A stretch of 64,000 bases of DNA from Methylomicrobium sp. (GCA_051061095.1 JBPFEE010000031.1:50501-114500); one strand, 5' to 3'; counted from the stretch's first letter, positions 21,271 through 32,735 are shown. The notes: generated from the letters alone by a model not told the origin. Translations and numbers: made by a program.

Positions 21271-22335
21271 TTACGGATTATCGCTCCCCGCTGACGGCAA
21301 CGGGCCCAGCAAAACCACCTTCTTGTCTGCCGCATTTTCTTCAAACAGTTGAGTCGTTTGCCGCTCCTTGCGCTGCACATCATCCTGACGGGCCAGCGTA
21401 CTACGCAGTTTAAGCAGATTTTTCAATGCGTTATACCAAAAAGGAGCGCCAAGACTCAATAACATCACCGTAAACGCGATACCCACCGGACTGACATAAG
21501 CCCAATTCTTTCTCCAATCCTCCAAAGATTTCGGTACCGTGATGATGCCAAGCTGCAAAAGCTGCTTGATGTCTTCCTTGTTCTGGCCGGAAAGCTGATT
21601 CAGCGTTTCGGGCGCATTTCCCATCCTTTCCCCCATCTCCACCGCCTTTTGCACGAGCGAATTTCTCAGCTCGGTATCGACCGACAAGCGATTGATCAGC
21701 TGAATCGTATCCAGTTGAATAGCGCAGGCCACTCCTAGAGAGCAAATCACGGTGATGATCCGCGTGGAGACCGTGAAGCGCTCACCGATGCGGTCGATCG
21801 TCGGGTCGAACCAGGCATTGATCTTGGCGACCAATTGTCCTTTTGCGGCTTGCAAAAGCGCCATGCTGTGCCGAACATTGGTCGCCAATTCGGGTTTATC
21901 GATTTCCAGCTCCAGGGCCAACAGGCAGGCATTTTCCAGTACCGCCTTCGGATCGCTCACCCCGTTTTTCTCCAGCAAAGCCGTCAGTCTTTCCCGCGCC
22001 TCGGCGCCCAGACGCTCCATGATTTCTTCCGGCGCATTGCCTGACGCCAGATCCATCAACATTTTGGTGAATTCCTCGCGGTGTATCGTGGAGCCGTAGC
22101 GCCGCATCCCGTCGCGGATCATCGGATGCATCAAAATGGTTCCGGCGATGCGACGAGCCGCTTCTTCCTTGATATCAGGATCCATCTGTTGGAGCAGATG
22201 CGCCAGGCCGTATAACAGATGCCGCCCCCGACTGTTGACTACGCCGGTCAAGAATTGAGCCAGCACGGTCACGGCCATGCTCGCCAGCAACATGACTTCC
22301 GAAAGGCCGAGTAAAATATCGATCGATACGAGCAT
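21271..22335 (-). CDS. Uncharacterised membrane protein (LGAPFW-motif type)
   Basis: 354 aa with N-terminal, central and C-terminal hydrophobic segments, the last being LLSLGAPFWYNAL; AGGA upstream of the start. Confidence 0.75.
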   Translation of the reverse strand: MLVSIDILLGLSEVMLLASMAVTVLAQFLTGVVNSRGRHLLYGLAHLLQQMDPDIKEEAARRIAGTILMHPMIRDGMRRYGSTIHREEFTKMLMDLASGNAPEEIMERLGAEARERLTALLEKNGVSDPKAVLENACLLALELEIDKPELATNVRHSMALLQAAKGQLVAKINAWFDPTIDRIGERFTVSTRIITVICSLGVACAIQLDTIQLINRLSVDTELRNSLVQKAVEMGERMGNAPETLNQLSGQNKEDIKQLLQLGIITVPKSLEDWRKNWAYVSPVGIAFTVMLLSLGAPFWYNALKNLLKLRSTLARQDDVQRKERQTTQLFEENAADKKVVLLGPLPSAGSDNP

Positions 22336-22491
22336 GGCAACTTCCTTTACAAAAGAGCGGCTTCATTAAATATGATAAAGCCGCAGCGGAATGACTAGCG
22401 TATGCTATACGCCGCAAAAGAGAAATCTAACCGACACGGAAAAACGCTGTCAAGGTTTTTTACCGGGGAATATTGAGGAGCCTGGTCCTAT

Positions 22492-22594
22492 GCAAACGTT
22501 CAGTTCCCCTCTTTGAAAAAGAGGGGGTAGGGGAGATTTTCTAAACTAAATCCCCCTCGATCCCCCTTTTTCAAAGGGGGAGGTAAACGCTTAC
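22492..22594. mobile_element. MITE-like element with degenerate GTAAGCGT-type ends carrying a hairpin doublet
   Basis: Ends gcaaacgttcag / gtaaacgcttac; flanking 8-nt near-direct repeat ggtcctat (22484-22491) / gttcctat (22595-22602); internal CCCCCTTT..AAAGGGGG doublet. Confidence 0.6.
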
Positions 22595-22893
22595 GTTCCT
22601 ATTGGGTTGACCCGATGAACGAAAGGAAAAAACCGGCAGCGGCGGGCTTTGTTATTCCCGGTCCGTTGAATACTCACAGCCCCCCGATTCCCGCCAAAAA
22701 AATACGCTTCGACGAAAAGAATATGCAATAATCACACCTTTTCCCGGGTTGTTAGACGCGCATTCTGATCGGTACGCCCACCTCATCGAATCCGATTCAA
22801 GCGCCCAGGTTTTCCTGCAACCGCTTATTTACAAAAAAACAGGAGTAGGCGCCGTAACGCTTCCCTATACTGTATCCGAAGATTTGATATTCC

Positions 22894-23693
<800 letters not shown>

Positions 23694-23697
<4 letters not shown>

Positions 23698-24347
23698 GTG
23701 AAACTCAAAACCCGCAAGCCTCGACTAATGTGGTCTGGCATCATGCCACGGTAACCCGCGCCCGGCGCGAACAGCAAAACGGCCACCGCGGCGCGATCAT
23801 CTGGTTTACCGGCCTGTCCGGCGCCGGCAAATCGACGCTGGCCCATGCGGTCGAAGAAAAACTGCATCAGATGGGCTGCCGCACCTTCGTGCTCGACGGC
23901 GACAACGTCCGTCACGGCTTATGCGGCGATCTGGGATTTTCCCCGAAAGACAGGGAAGAAAACATCCGCCGTGTCGGCGAGGTCGCCAAGCTGTTCATGG
24001 AAGCGGGCGTGATTGTATTGACCGCGTTTATCTCCCCGTACAAGGCCGACCGCACACGCGTGCGCGGCATGGTCGAGCACGGCGACTTCATGGAAATCTT
24101 TTGCGACAGTTCAGTCGAAATCTGCGAATCCAGGGACGTAAAAGGGCTCTACAAAAAAGCCCGTTCCGGGCTGATTGCAGATTTTACCGGCATTTCCTCG
24201 CCTTATGAAGCGCCCGTCAATCCCGAACTTGCCGTTAATACAAGCGAGTACACCCAAAATGAATGCACTCAGCAGATTCTCAACGAAATGGTATTCCGCG
24301 GCCTCATTAAGGATGCTCAGAATAAGTCTCCGTCTCCGGTAAAATAA
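23694..24347 (+). CDS. cysC: Adenylyl-sulfate kinase
   Basis: [29 protein letters not shown] motifs; overlaps the cysQ stop (ATGA). Confidence 0.97.
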
Positions 24348-24371
24348 CACCCTACCCCCATATCCAGCGAT

Positions 24372-24644
24372 GTGAAGGCGCCGCAAGACGAACCGCTGCC
24401 GCGCGAGTTTGCCGGGCTCGATGTAGGCGAAGATACGATGCCGGATGAAAAGATAATTCTCAAATTCCGGCACCTGCTGGAAAGCTATCAGCTGGCACAA
24501 ACCCTGTTTGATGAAACGACTGCCCAGTTGGCCGACAAAGGCTTATTGCTACGGCAGTGGTCTATCATCGATGGCACCTTGATCGCCGCCCCGCCCTCCA
24601 CCAAGAAACAGAAACGCAAGCGGGATCGCGAGAGCGGGTATTAA
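24372..24644 (+). pseudogene. IS5-family transposase internal fragment
   Basis: PDEKIILKFRHLLE and IIDGTLIAAPPSTK...RD match the IS5-group PDETTILNFRHLLE / IVDATII.APSSTKN..RD segment; only about 90 aa remain. Confidence 0.85.
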
Positions 24645-24733
24645 TAAGCCTACCGAATAACCTTCATACATATATGAAATATTCTTGTATAGAAATATTT
24701 TAGACTGTATTAATCATTCTTTTCACCCTGCCT

Positions 24734-26200
24734 ATGAGCCTATCCCAAAAAACCGTTTCCGCAATCCTCTGGCACTTTTCACAATTACTTATACGTCGAG
24801 GCATTAACATAGTCGTAATGTTATGGCTTGCGCGCATCTTATTGCCTGAAGATTTTGGAATCATGGCAATGATGACAGTATTTTTGGCAATTGGCACAAC
24901 GCTGATGAATTCCGGCTTTAAACAAGCGTTGATTCGCAGGAAAGGCGCTACTCAGATAGATTTTGATACCGTATTTTTTTCTAATTTAATACTTGGCATT
25001 TTAGCCTACGGCATTTTATTCCTAGTATCCCCTCTAATTGCAGACTTCTATCACGAACCTAGATTAATCGATTTAATTCGAATAGCTGCTTTAGATATTT
25101 TGATTAATTCGTTTCAGGTTGTTCAGACCGCACAATTAAACAGAGAACTTAACTTTAGAGCAGAATTACAAACAATAGTACCGGCAGGCGTTCTATCAGG
25201 TATTGCTGCCGTTGCACTGGCTTATGCCGACTATGGCGTGTGGGTTTTAGTGATTCAAACGCTTTTGTTCTCCTTAATAAATACTGTTTTACTATGGTTT
25301 AAACAAGGCTGGAGACCCTCATTAAGCTTTAGCCGAGAAGCGTTTGTCAAAATGTATGATTTTGGATATAAGCTTTTCTTATCCGGATTACTTAATGTAA
25401 TATTCAAGAATATTTATGTCATTATTATTTCAAAATTTTTTGAAGCATCGATAGCAGGATATTACTTCTTTGCCGAAAAAATAAAAGATATGGTTATTAA
25501 TCAATTGATTAGCTCCATTCAAACGGTCACTTATTCAACATTGGCTAATGTGCATGATGAAAACGAAAGGCTAAAGGCAGGGTATCGTAAAATCATTACA
25601 ATTGCTACATTTTTTCTTTTTCCTGCCATGACCCTATTAGCCGCCCTAACCGTTCCAATGTTTAAGTTGATAATGCCGGAAAAATGGATGCCAGCCGCAT
25701 CGTATTTACAATTATTATGTCTGGCCGGCCTGCTGGATCCTGTGATTTATATCAACTCCAATCTTCTGAAGGTCAAGGGACGTTCTGATTATATTTTACG
25801 CTTGGAAATATTAAAAAAAGTATTGGTGGTTGTTGTTTTCTCGCTAAGCTTTAATTTTGGAATTAATGGTATTTTGATTGGCCAGATTATTAGTTCTATC
25901 TTGATATTTATTCCAAGCAGCTACATTTCATCTAAATTGATCAATTACTCAATGGCAGAGCAAATAGGTGATTTTTTCGAAAATTTTCTACTGGCTTTTA
26001 TAGTTGGCTTGATTATTTACGTCTGCGTATCCTATTTTGCCTACGAGCCATTGACCTTAATGTTGCTTGGAGTGCTTTCTCCATTGCTATTTTTAGCATT
26101 TGCGTATATTTTTAAGCTGCAAGCTTTAAGGCTGACGCTTGAAATGGTGGTTAAACGCATGGGAAAACCAGGTTTGGCCTCATTGAAAAATTTGAAATAA
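24734..26200 (+). CDS. wzx: Wzx-type polysaccharide flippase
   Basis: LARILLPEDFG N-terminal motif, many TM helices, 488 aa. Confidence 0.9.
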   Translation: MSLSQKTVSAILWHFSQLLIRRGINIVVMLWLARILLPEDFGIMAMMTVFLAIGTTLMNSGFKQALIRRKGATQIDFDTVFFSNLILGILAYGILFLVSPLIADFYHEPRLIDLIRIAALDILINSFQVVQTAQLNRELNFRAELQTIVPAGVLSGIAAVALAYADYGVWVLVIQTLLFSLINTVLLWFKQGWRPSLSFSREAFVKMYDFGYKLFLSGLLNVIFKNIYVIIISKFFEASIAGYYFFAEKIKDMVINQLISSIQTVTYSTLANVHDENERLKAGYRKIITIATFFLFPAMTLLAALTVPMFKLIMPEKWMPAASYLQLLCLAGLLDPVIYINSNLLKVKGRSDYILRLEILKKVLVVVVFSLSFNFGINGILIGQIISSILIFIPSSYISSKLINYSMAEQIGDFFENFLLAFIVGLIIYVCVSYFAYEPLTLMLLGVLSPLLFLAFAYIFKLQALRLTLEMVVKRMGKPGLASLKNLK

Positions 26201-26214
26201 TTTTTTTTATAAAT

Positions 26215-27933
26215 ATGAATAAGGCTGTTCTCAAGATATATGATGATCAGTTGATAGGCGTCAATATCGCAATTGACGGCAAACCCATTCAAGAGTGTTT
26301 GCCATTTGAAACTAGACTAAACGCATTAGAAAATGCCAATAAAAAATTGGATATCGATGTATTAGAGATTTTATCCGCCTTCAAAAACGATCCATTTATA
26401 GTCTATGCCTGTTCTATAACTGATGATCGCTACCTAACTGATACATTTTTAAGCGGCAGAAAGAATAATATTATTTGGTATTATTATTTGATTGAATTAA
26501 TAGATATCATTAATGCTGAAAGCTCCATTGAATATATTTCTGTTGATTCGTGTTTTATCTCAAGAAAAGCTGTTAAATTTCTGCAGTCCAAAAACTTTCC
26601 CATTAAATTCGGATTTAAGTATTTGTCTTTGAGCTATTTAATAAGCTCCGCATATTTTTTGAAGCATTTAAAGAATTTAATTTTTTTATTTATAGGTTTT
26701 TTTGAAAAAACACCAAAATTTATTTCAAATGATAAAAAAACGGTTTTGATCGATGTACCGGATAAATTGGGTAATCATAGATACGGCAGCTTTTTAGAAA
26801 AAATCAATGATGAGTATTATTCTCTCTATGTAGATATATCAAACGGGATATTACGCAAAAATGGTATAAAATTTAAAATTTTATCAGTTCTTACCTTAGG
26901 TCAAATTCCCAATATAATTTATGAACTTTTTGGCTTTAAAAAATCCATTAATAATAATAAAAACAAGATAGGTATTTATAATTATATATTTGAAAATATT
27001 AAAGCGCCAAATGTGTTATTTTTCCTTAGAAATCTTTTCTTGATAGCCTCGTTAAAGGAGTTATTTAGAAAACAAAAAATTGACTTCGTATTAATTTCAT
27101 CAGCTTTTAATACTAATATAAAAAAAATATTTATTCTGTGCGCTAAAGAACTATCGATACCCTGCGTATGTTTTTTGCCACGTCCGTTAACTATATCAAA
27201 ACCGGCAGAGCGTATCATAAAATGTAATGATATTGATTCAAGTTTATATATCCTTCCTGATTTTTATCAGACAAATAACTTCACTAGCTATGAAGTATTG
27301 ATATCTCAAGGCATTAGCCCTAAAAATATAATTTTCTCCGAAAGAACTATCGACCGGATACCAGTTTCAGATAAAAATGTCGATACCGCTCATAAGTTTC
27401 TTTATTCGATAATTTTACTTCTGGGGGGCAAAAGCTCAGTTAATGAAAAGCTAATTGATGTTATTGTAGCAAATCAGACTGAATATGAGCATGTGTTAAT
27501 TTCAGTACGAGCGCACCCCCTGCATCCCCTTACGGCTGACCAAAAAGAGAGATTATCTGCACATTATCAGAACTGGTTTGATGCAACAAAAAAACCTTAT
27601 AGTAATGTACCTGCTCAATATAAATTAGTAATTTCAACCTCCTCTACTGCTTCAGTGGAGGCAGCAAAATCCGGCTGTGGAATTGTCTGGTGTCCTTACA
27701 TGGAAGAAGAGTCATTATTGATGTATCCAATAATGAGAAAATTTGGACACATAGTTAAAAGCGATAATGAACTCATAGAATTTGTAGGCCGGCTTCTTCA
27801 AGATGAACAAACATTTAGGACCTTTTCAGCAGATTGTGAAGCGGATGCAAAAACTGCTTTTGGGACTATAAACAGAATTGATAAAGGATATCAATCACTT
27901 AACACATTAGTGAACGATTACAGGAATAAATAG
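26215..27933 (+). CDS. AT-rich putative GT-B-fold carbohydrate transferase
   Basis: 572 aa soluble-looking ORF in a polysaccharide cluster; C-terminal RAHP and STSSTASVEA motifs. Confidence 0.55.
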   Translation: MNKAVLKIYDDQLIGVNIAIDGKPIQECLPFETRLNALENANKKLDIDVLEILSAFKNDPFIVYACSITDDRYLTDTFLSGRKNNIIWYYYLIELIDIINAESSIEYISVDSCFISRKAVKFLQSKNFPIKFGFKYLSLSYLISSAYFLKHLKNLIFLFIGFFEKTPKFISNDKKTVLIDVPDKLGNHRYGSFLEKINDEYYSLYVDISNGILRKNGIKFKILSVLTLGQIPNIIYELFGFKKSINNNKNKIGIYNYIFENIKAPNVLFFLRNLFLIASLKELFRKQKIDFVLISSAFNTNIKKIFILCAKELSIPCVCFLPRPLTISKPAERIIKCNDIDSSLYILPDFYQTNNFTSYEVLISQGISPKNIIFSERTIDRIPVSDKNVDTAHKFLYSIILLLGGKSSVNEKLIDVIVANQTEYEHVLISVRAHPLHPLTADQKERLSAHYQNWFDATKKPYSNVPAQYKLVISTSSTASVEAAKSGCGIVWCPYMEEESLLMYPIMRKFGHIVKSDNELIEFVGRLLQDEQTFRTFSADCEADAKTAFGTINRIDKGYQSLNTLVNDYRNK

Positions 27934-28094
27934 AATGCGCCGGAAATTTGCCATTTGTCGGTCTGAGCTCTGGCAAATGCAAAGAATGATCGCGTTGAAA
28001 TCCGACCAGAAAAATGCGCCTCACCGAAAGTAATATGCGATAATTATCTCCTTTACTGTCCTCAACAAGGCACAGAATTGCGGCGCAAAGTTCA

Positions 28095-28298
28095 AGTCGG
28101 TCGCGCAGGCGAGAACCTCGAACTACGGTATGCGGAGTGGTTCAATCGATCCAAACCGCATTCAAGCCTGGATCGAAAAACGCCATATCAAGCTTATACC
28201 GGCATGTTGCTACCGGTCAAAATGGCAGCGAAATCATCAGCAGGGATTCCACTTTAAAATCGATGATCGCTGTTCATAAGGATTAGGGCCACTTCTAT
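28095..28298 (+). pseudogene. IS3-family transposase 3' remnant with probable right end
   Basis: Translates, with a frameshift, as SVAQART..RYAEWFNRSKPHSSLDRKTPYQAY, matching the YN..RPHSSL...TP integrase C-terminus; followed by gggccacttctat. Confidence 0.75.
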
Positions 28299-28361
28299 CG
28301 CCGCCTTAATATTTTTTCGTTTGCATTCCTTTCTGCTTTAAAACTAAAGTTAATTCATCTT

Positions 28362-29240
28362 ATGAATAACCCCAATTTTTTCATTATAGGCGCGCCTAAA
28401 TGTGGCACCACATCTTTGGCGGCCTGGTTGTCGGAACATCCGCAGATTTACATACCTTATAAAGAGATACATTATTTTAGTACCGACCTGAAATCGACTT
28501 GGGTTCCCGACCGGGCGCAATATGAAGAATTGTTTTCACGGGCAGAGCCTCAACATAAGGCATTGGGGGATGCTTCGGTTTGGTACTTGTATTCCAAGGT
28601 CGCGGTGCAGAATATAGAAAAGTTTTGCCAAAACCCGCGTTATATCGTGTGCTTACGTAATCCGGTCGATATGGCGTATTCGCTTCACGAACAACAACTT
28701 GTCGAAGGAAATGAAAACATTGAGAGCTTTGAGCGTGCTTGGGAGCTCAGTGAAGCGCGCTTGCTCGGTAAGGAAATATCTCCTTGGTGTCTTGAGCCTA
28801 AACATTTAGTTTATAAAGAAGCTTGTTCGCTAGGAAGACAACTCGAACGGCTTTTCCAGATGGTCCCTAAGGAACGAGTTCATCTGGTAATACTAGATGA
28901 TGTTAAAGAAAATCCGGGGGCGGAATATCGGAAAGTTCTGCAATTTTTGAATGTCGATGATGATGGCAGAGTGGACTTTTCTGCCCACAATCCAGCCAAG
29001 CGCAACCGGTTCTCTTTTGTGCGGCGAATGACTCTGTCGCTTGGCAATATCAAAAGACGGCTTGGCCTGCATTACCCGTTTGGCGTCTTGAAATGGATAA
29101 ATCAACATAATATGCAATATCGGCCCCGGCCGGAATTGTCGCCGGATATGCGCCGCCGGTTACAGGATTATTTTAAGGCTGATGTCGAAAAGCTGGGCGC
29201 ACTGATCGATCGCGATTTTTCAGGATGGATCAATAAGTGA
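28362..29240 (+). CDS. PAPS-dependent sulfotransferase
   Basis: 5'-PSB motif IIGAPKCGTTSL, KEIHYF, and 3'-PB motif LRNPVDMAYS. Confidence 0.92.
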   Translation: MNNPNFFIIGAPKCGTTSLAAWLSEHPQIYIPYKEIHYFSTDLKSTWVPDRAQYEELFSRAEPQHKALGDASVWYLYSKVAVQNIEKFCQNPRYIVCLRNPVDMAYSLHEQQLVEGNENIESFERAWELSEARLLGKEISPWCLEPKHLVYKEACSLGRQLERLFQMVPKERVHLVILDDVKENPGAEYRKVLQFLNVDDDGRVDFSAHNPAKRNRFSFVRRMTLSLGNIKRRLGLHYPFGVLKWINQHNMQYRPRPELSPDMRRRLQDYFKADVEKLGALIDRDFSGWINK

Positions 29241-30346
29241 GCAATCCCCCTATCCGTATCGCTTTTTTTCTTCCGGCATTACACGGCGGAGGAGCAGAGC
29301 GGGTTATGTTGAATCTTGCGGGTGCTTTTGCCGAAGATCAAAATCTAACGATTGATCTAGTGTTAGCGCAGGCAGAAGGCGTTCTATTATCGGACATATC
29401 TCCAAGAGTTCGTTTGGTTAATTTGAATGCTTCACGGCTTATTACATGCTTACCTCAATTAATTAATTATTTACATCGAGAAAAGCCAAAAGCGATGTTA
29501 TCGGCGATGTGCCATGCTAATGTTATTGCCGTGCTCGCTAAAAAAATTGCTGGCAGTCAAACGCGATTGGTAATTAGTGAACACGGAATGATCTCTAAGC
29601 GGGCAAAACATTCATCACGTTATCGTGAGCGTTTACTCCCCTATTTAATGCGCTGTTTTTATCCATTGGCCGATAAAGTCGTCGCGGTTTCCAAGGGAGT
29701 CGCTGACGACCTTATAAAAACACTCGGACTGTCCTCCCATAGTGTTCGAGTGATTTACAATCCGGTCATTTCTGAACGATTATTTGCTTCCTCCCTTGAA
29801 AAGGTAAGTCATCGGTGGCTAGGGCCGGAAAGACCGGCGATTATTTTAGCTGTCGGAAGGCTTGTCCCAGAAAAAGATTTTGTGACGCTGATTCAGGCTT
29901 TTGCTTTGCTGCGAAAATGGCAACAAGCAAAGCTAATAATATTGGGTGAAGGCCCGGAGCGGCAAAAACTATCAGCTCTCATACAGACCATGAATCTCGA
30001 CGATGAGGTAGACCTGCCGGGTTTTGTCGCTAATCCCTATCCTTATATGCGCCAGACGAATTTATTGGTACTGTCTTCTCTATTTGAGGGATTGGGAAAT
30101 GTATTGATCGAAGCGTTGGCTGTGGGTACGCCGGTCGTGGCGACCGACTGCCCTGGCGGCCCGGCAGAAATTTTGGAAAACGGCCGCTGGGGAAAGCTGG
30201 TGCCTTTAGGTGATACAAATGCTTTAGCTCAAGCAATGGCTGAGACATTAAATAACGAAGCGGTTTCCGATAAAACACAACGATTAAAAGATTTTAATAT
30301 TAAAACAGTTACTGAATATTATAAAGAAGCACTGCTTCCATCGTAG
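29237..30346 (+). CDS. Glycosyltransferase family 4
   Basis: GGAERV, VGRLVPEKD, EGLGNVLIEA (EX7E). Confidence 0.93.
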   Translation: MSNPPIRIAFFLPALHGGGAERVMLNLAGAFAEDQNLTIDLVLAQAEGVLLSDISPRVRLVNLNASRLITCLPQLINYLHREKPKAMLSAMCHANVIAVLAKKIAGSQTRLVISEHGMISKRAKHSSRYRERLLPYLMRCFYPLADKVVAVSKGVADDLIKTLGLSSHSVRVIYNPVISERLFASSLEKVSHRWLGPERPAIILAVGRLVPEKDFVTLIQAFALLRKWQQAKLIILGEGPERQKLSALIQTMNLDDEVDLPGFVANPYPYMRQTNLLVLSSLFEGLGNVLIEALAVGTPVVATDCPGGPAEILENGRWGKLVPLGDTNALAQAMAETLNNEAVSDKTQRLKDFNIKTVTEYYKEALLPS

Positions 30347-30451
30347 TTAATTCGGTTATATTTTTAAAATAACAAAATCTCTTGAGTTTCAATAGCTACG
30401 AATAGGTTAGAACCGAAATGACTCGGTATAAGCTAAAAACGCAAATCCATT

Positions 30452-31609
30452 ATGAACCATAAAGCATTGCCGAACCGCCCGTTAAGAGTTATCCACATTA
30501 TCACTGACCTTAATGACGGCGGAGCTGAGGCTGTATTATATCGCTTGTGCACCACTGATTTATCCAATCAACATCAGGTTATTTCTTTGATGGATCAGGG
30601 CAAATACGGCGCTCTGCTCAGTTCATCCGGCATCCCTGTTTATTGCATAAATTTTAAAAGAAACCTGGCAAGCTTTTTCGGCTTATTTAAATTATGGAAG
30701 CTCATTCGCCAGTTACAGCCAGATGTTGTGCAAACCTGGTTGTACCATGCTGATTTCCTGGGGGGAATTACCGCCCGTTTGGCCGGGGTACGTAACCTAT
30801 GCTGGGGCATCCGTAATACTACAATGGTTGCCGGCAAATCCAAACGCTTAACTAGAGTTATCGCAAAGTTATGTGCTTGGTTATCACATTTCGTGCCACG
30901 CCACATAATCTGCTGCGCGAATAAAGCAGCGGAAGACCATCAGAAATTAGGATATGCGGCAAAAAAATTAGTCGTGATATCCAATGGTTATGACTTCAGC
31001 CAGTTTCGCCCTAATTATGATGCCGGTTTGGCATTGCGCCGAATCTGGCAAGTCGGCGATGATTGTTTCCTGCTGGGTATGGTCGGCCGTTACGATCCCC
31101 AGAAAGATCACAGAAATTTATTGGCGGCGCTGGCAGAATTTAAAAGTCAAGGATCCATTTCCTTCCGTTGTGTTTTAGTGGGTAAGGGGCTGACTTCCGA
31201 AAATGCCGCATTGCAAGAGGATTTGCATAAATATGCACTGCATGACTCGGTGATATTGCTTGGTCAACGTCTTGATATTCCCGTCGTGATGAATGCTTTG
31301 GATGTCCATGTGCTATCTAGCGCATATGGCGAAGGCTTTCCGAATGTCCTGGCCGAGGCAATGGCTTGCGGTACACCTTGCATTACTACGGATGTCGGCG
31401 ATGCGGCCCAAATTGTTGCGGAACACGGCTGGCTTGTGTCGCCGAATGATCCGTCAGCGTTGGCAAAAGCTTTGCAAGACGCCTGGCAAGCGCGGCAGGA
31501 TTCACCGACTTGGCAAGTGCGTCGCTCGGCGTGTCATCAACACATCGTCGACCACTTCAATATTGAAAATACCGTCGAAGCTTTTCGTAAAGTTTGGCAA
31601 GAAGATTAG
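30452..31609 (+). CDS. Glycosyltransferase family 4
   Basis: GGAEAV, VGRYDPQKD, EGFPNVLAEA (EX7E). Confidence 0.93.
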   Translation: MNHKALPNRPLRVIHIITDLNDGGAEAVLYRLCTTDLSNQHQVISLMDQGKYGALLSSSGIPVYCINFKRNLASFFGLFKLWKLIRQLQPDVVQTWLYHADFLGGITARLAGVRNLCWGIRNTTMVAGKSKRLTRVIAKLCAWLSHFVPRHIICCANKAAEDHQKLGYAAKKLVVISNGYDFSQFRPNYDAGLALRRIWQVGDDCFLLGMVGRYDPQKDHRNLLAALAEFKSQGSISFRCVLVGKGLTSENAALQEDLHKYALHDSVILLGQRLDIPVVMNALDVHVLSSAYGEGFPNVLAEAMACGTPCITTDVGDAAQIVAEHGWLVSPNDPSALAKALQDAWQARQDSPTWQVRRSACHQHIVDHFNIENTVEAFRKVWQED

Positions 31610-31692
31610 AAGTGTCTTTTGTCTTCACGGTAGATCCTTTGACAGAAAAGGATTGATTGATTAAAACGGTTTAATAAATCCGGGCCACTTCT
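31608..31692. mobile_element. 85-bp internally deleted IS-end scar
   Basis: Ends agaagtgtc / gccacttct are near-inverted; flanked by ATT on both sides; gggccacttctat is identical to 28286-28298. Confidence 0.5.
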
Positions 31693-31776
31693 ATTAAGCC
31701 CGCATAACCCGACTCGACGACAAAGAAATCGGCACTGCATTACAGTTACAATAGATGTTTTTTTGAAAGAACCCTT

Positions 31777-32721
31777 ATGATTATCGCGGTCACCGGCGGC
31801 ACAGGCTTTATTGGCAGGCATTTAATATCAAGACATTTGGCGCAAGGCGATGAAGTACGTTACTTGACTCGCGGCAATCCTCGGACAGAATTGGAGGGCG
31901 CGATCCCATTCAAAGGCGACTTAAATTCGAGCATCGTCGATTTGAGAAAATTTCTGACCGGAGCCGACGTTTTGTACCATTGCGCGGCGGAACTGCGCGA
32001 TGAAGCGCTGATGCAGGCGACCAATGTGGAAGGAACGGTCAACTTGCTCGCCGCCGCTCGGGGCCAGGTCAGACGCTGGGTTCAGTTGAGCAGCACCGGG
32101 GTTTACGGCAACCCGCGCCACCAACCGATCACCGAAAAATCGGCCATCGCGCCTGTCAATGCGTATGAACAATCCAAAGCCGCTGCCGACGCATTGGTTT
32201 TGCAAGCCGCTGCCGATCATAATATGGAATGCGTACTGCTCAGGCCGTCCAATGTGTATGGGATCGACATGCCCAACCAATCTCTGTTTCAATTAATCAA
32301 AATGATAGATAAAGGCTGGTTCTTTTTTATCGGCCGGCGGGGCGCGGTCGCAAATTATATCCATGTTGAAAATGTGATTGACGCCTTGATGCTGTGCGGT
32401 AAAGCGGATTTGCCTACAAACGGACAAGCTTATATAGTATCGGACCATTGTCTGCTTCAGGAATTTGTCGATATTGTTGCGGAGGCTTTGCACAAAAAAC
32501 CTGTTCATATCAGGTTGCCGGAATCGTGGGTTCGCGGCATGGCCGGCCTGGGGACGAAATTCGCAAAATTTCCGTTAACCGCCTCCCGAATCGACGCAAT
32601 GACCAATACCACGGTTTACAAATCGGATAAAATCGTCAGCGAACTCGGCTTTCGGCACGCCGTTTCGATCCGCGAAGGCATCGCCGAATTGACCCGCCAT
32701 TGGCAAACCCGCACGCAATAA
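31777..32721 (+). CDS. NAD-dependent epimerase/dehydratase (extended SDR)
   Basis: TGGTGFIG and YEQSK motifs. Confidence 0.92.
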   Translation: MIIAVTGGTGFIGRHLISRHLAQGDEVRYLTRGNPRTELEGAIPFKGDLNSSIVDLRKFLTGADVLYHCAAELRDEALMQATNVEGTVNLLAAARGQVRRWVQLSSTGVYGNPRHQPITEKSAIAPVNAYEQSKAAADALVLQAAADHNMECVLLRPSNVYGIDMPNQSLFQLIKMIDKGWFFFIGRRGAVANYIHVENVIDALMLCGKADLPTNGQAYIVSDHCLLQEFVDIVAEALHKKPVHIRLPESWVRGMAGLGTKFAKFPLTASRIDAMTNTTVYKSDKIVSELGFRHAVSIREGIAELTRHWQTRTQ

Positions 32722-32735
32722 ACACCGACTCTTTA

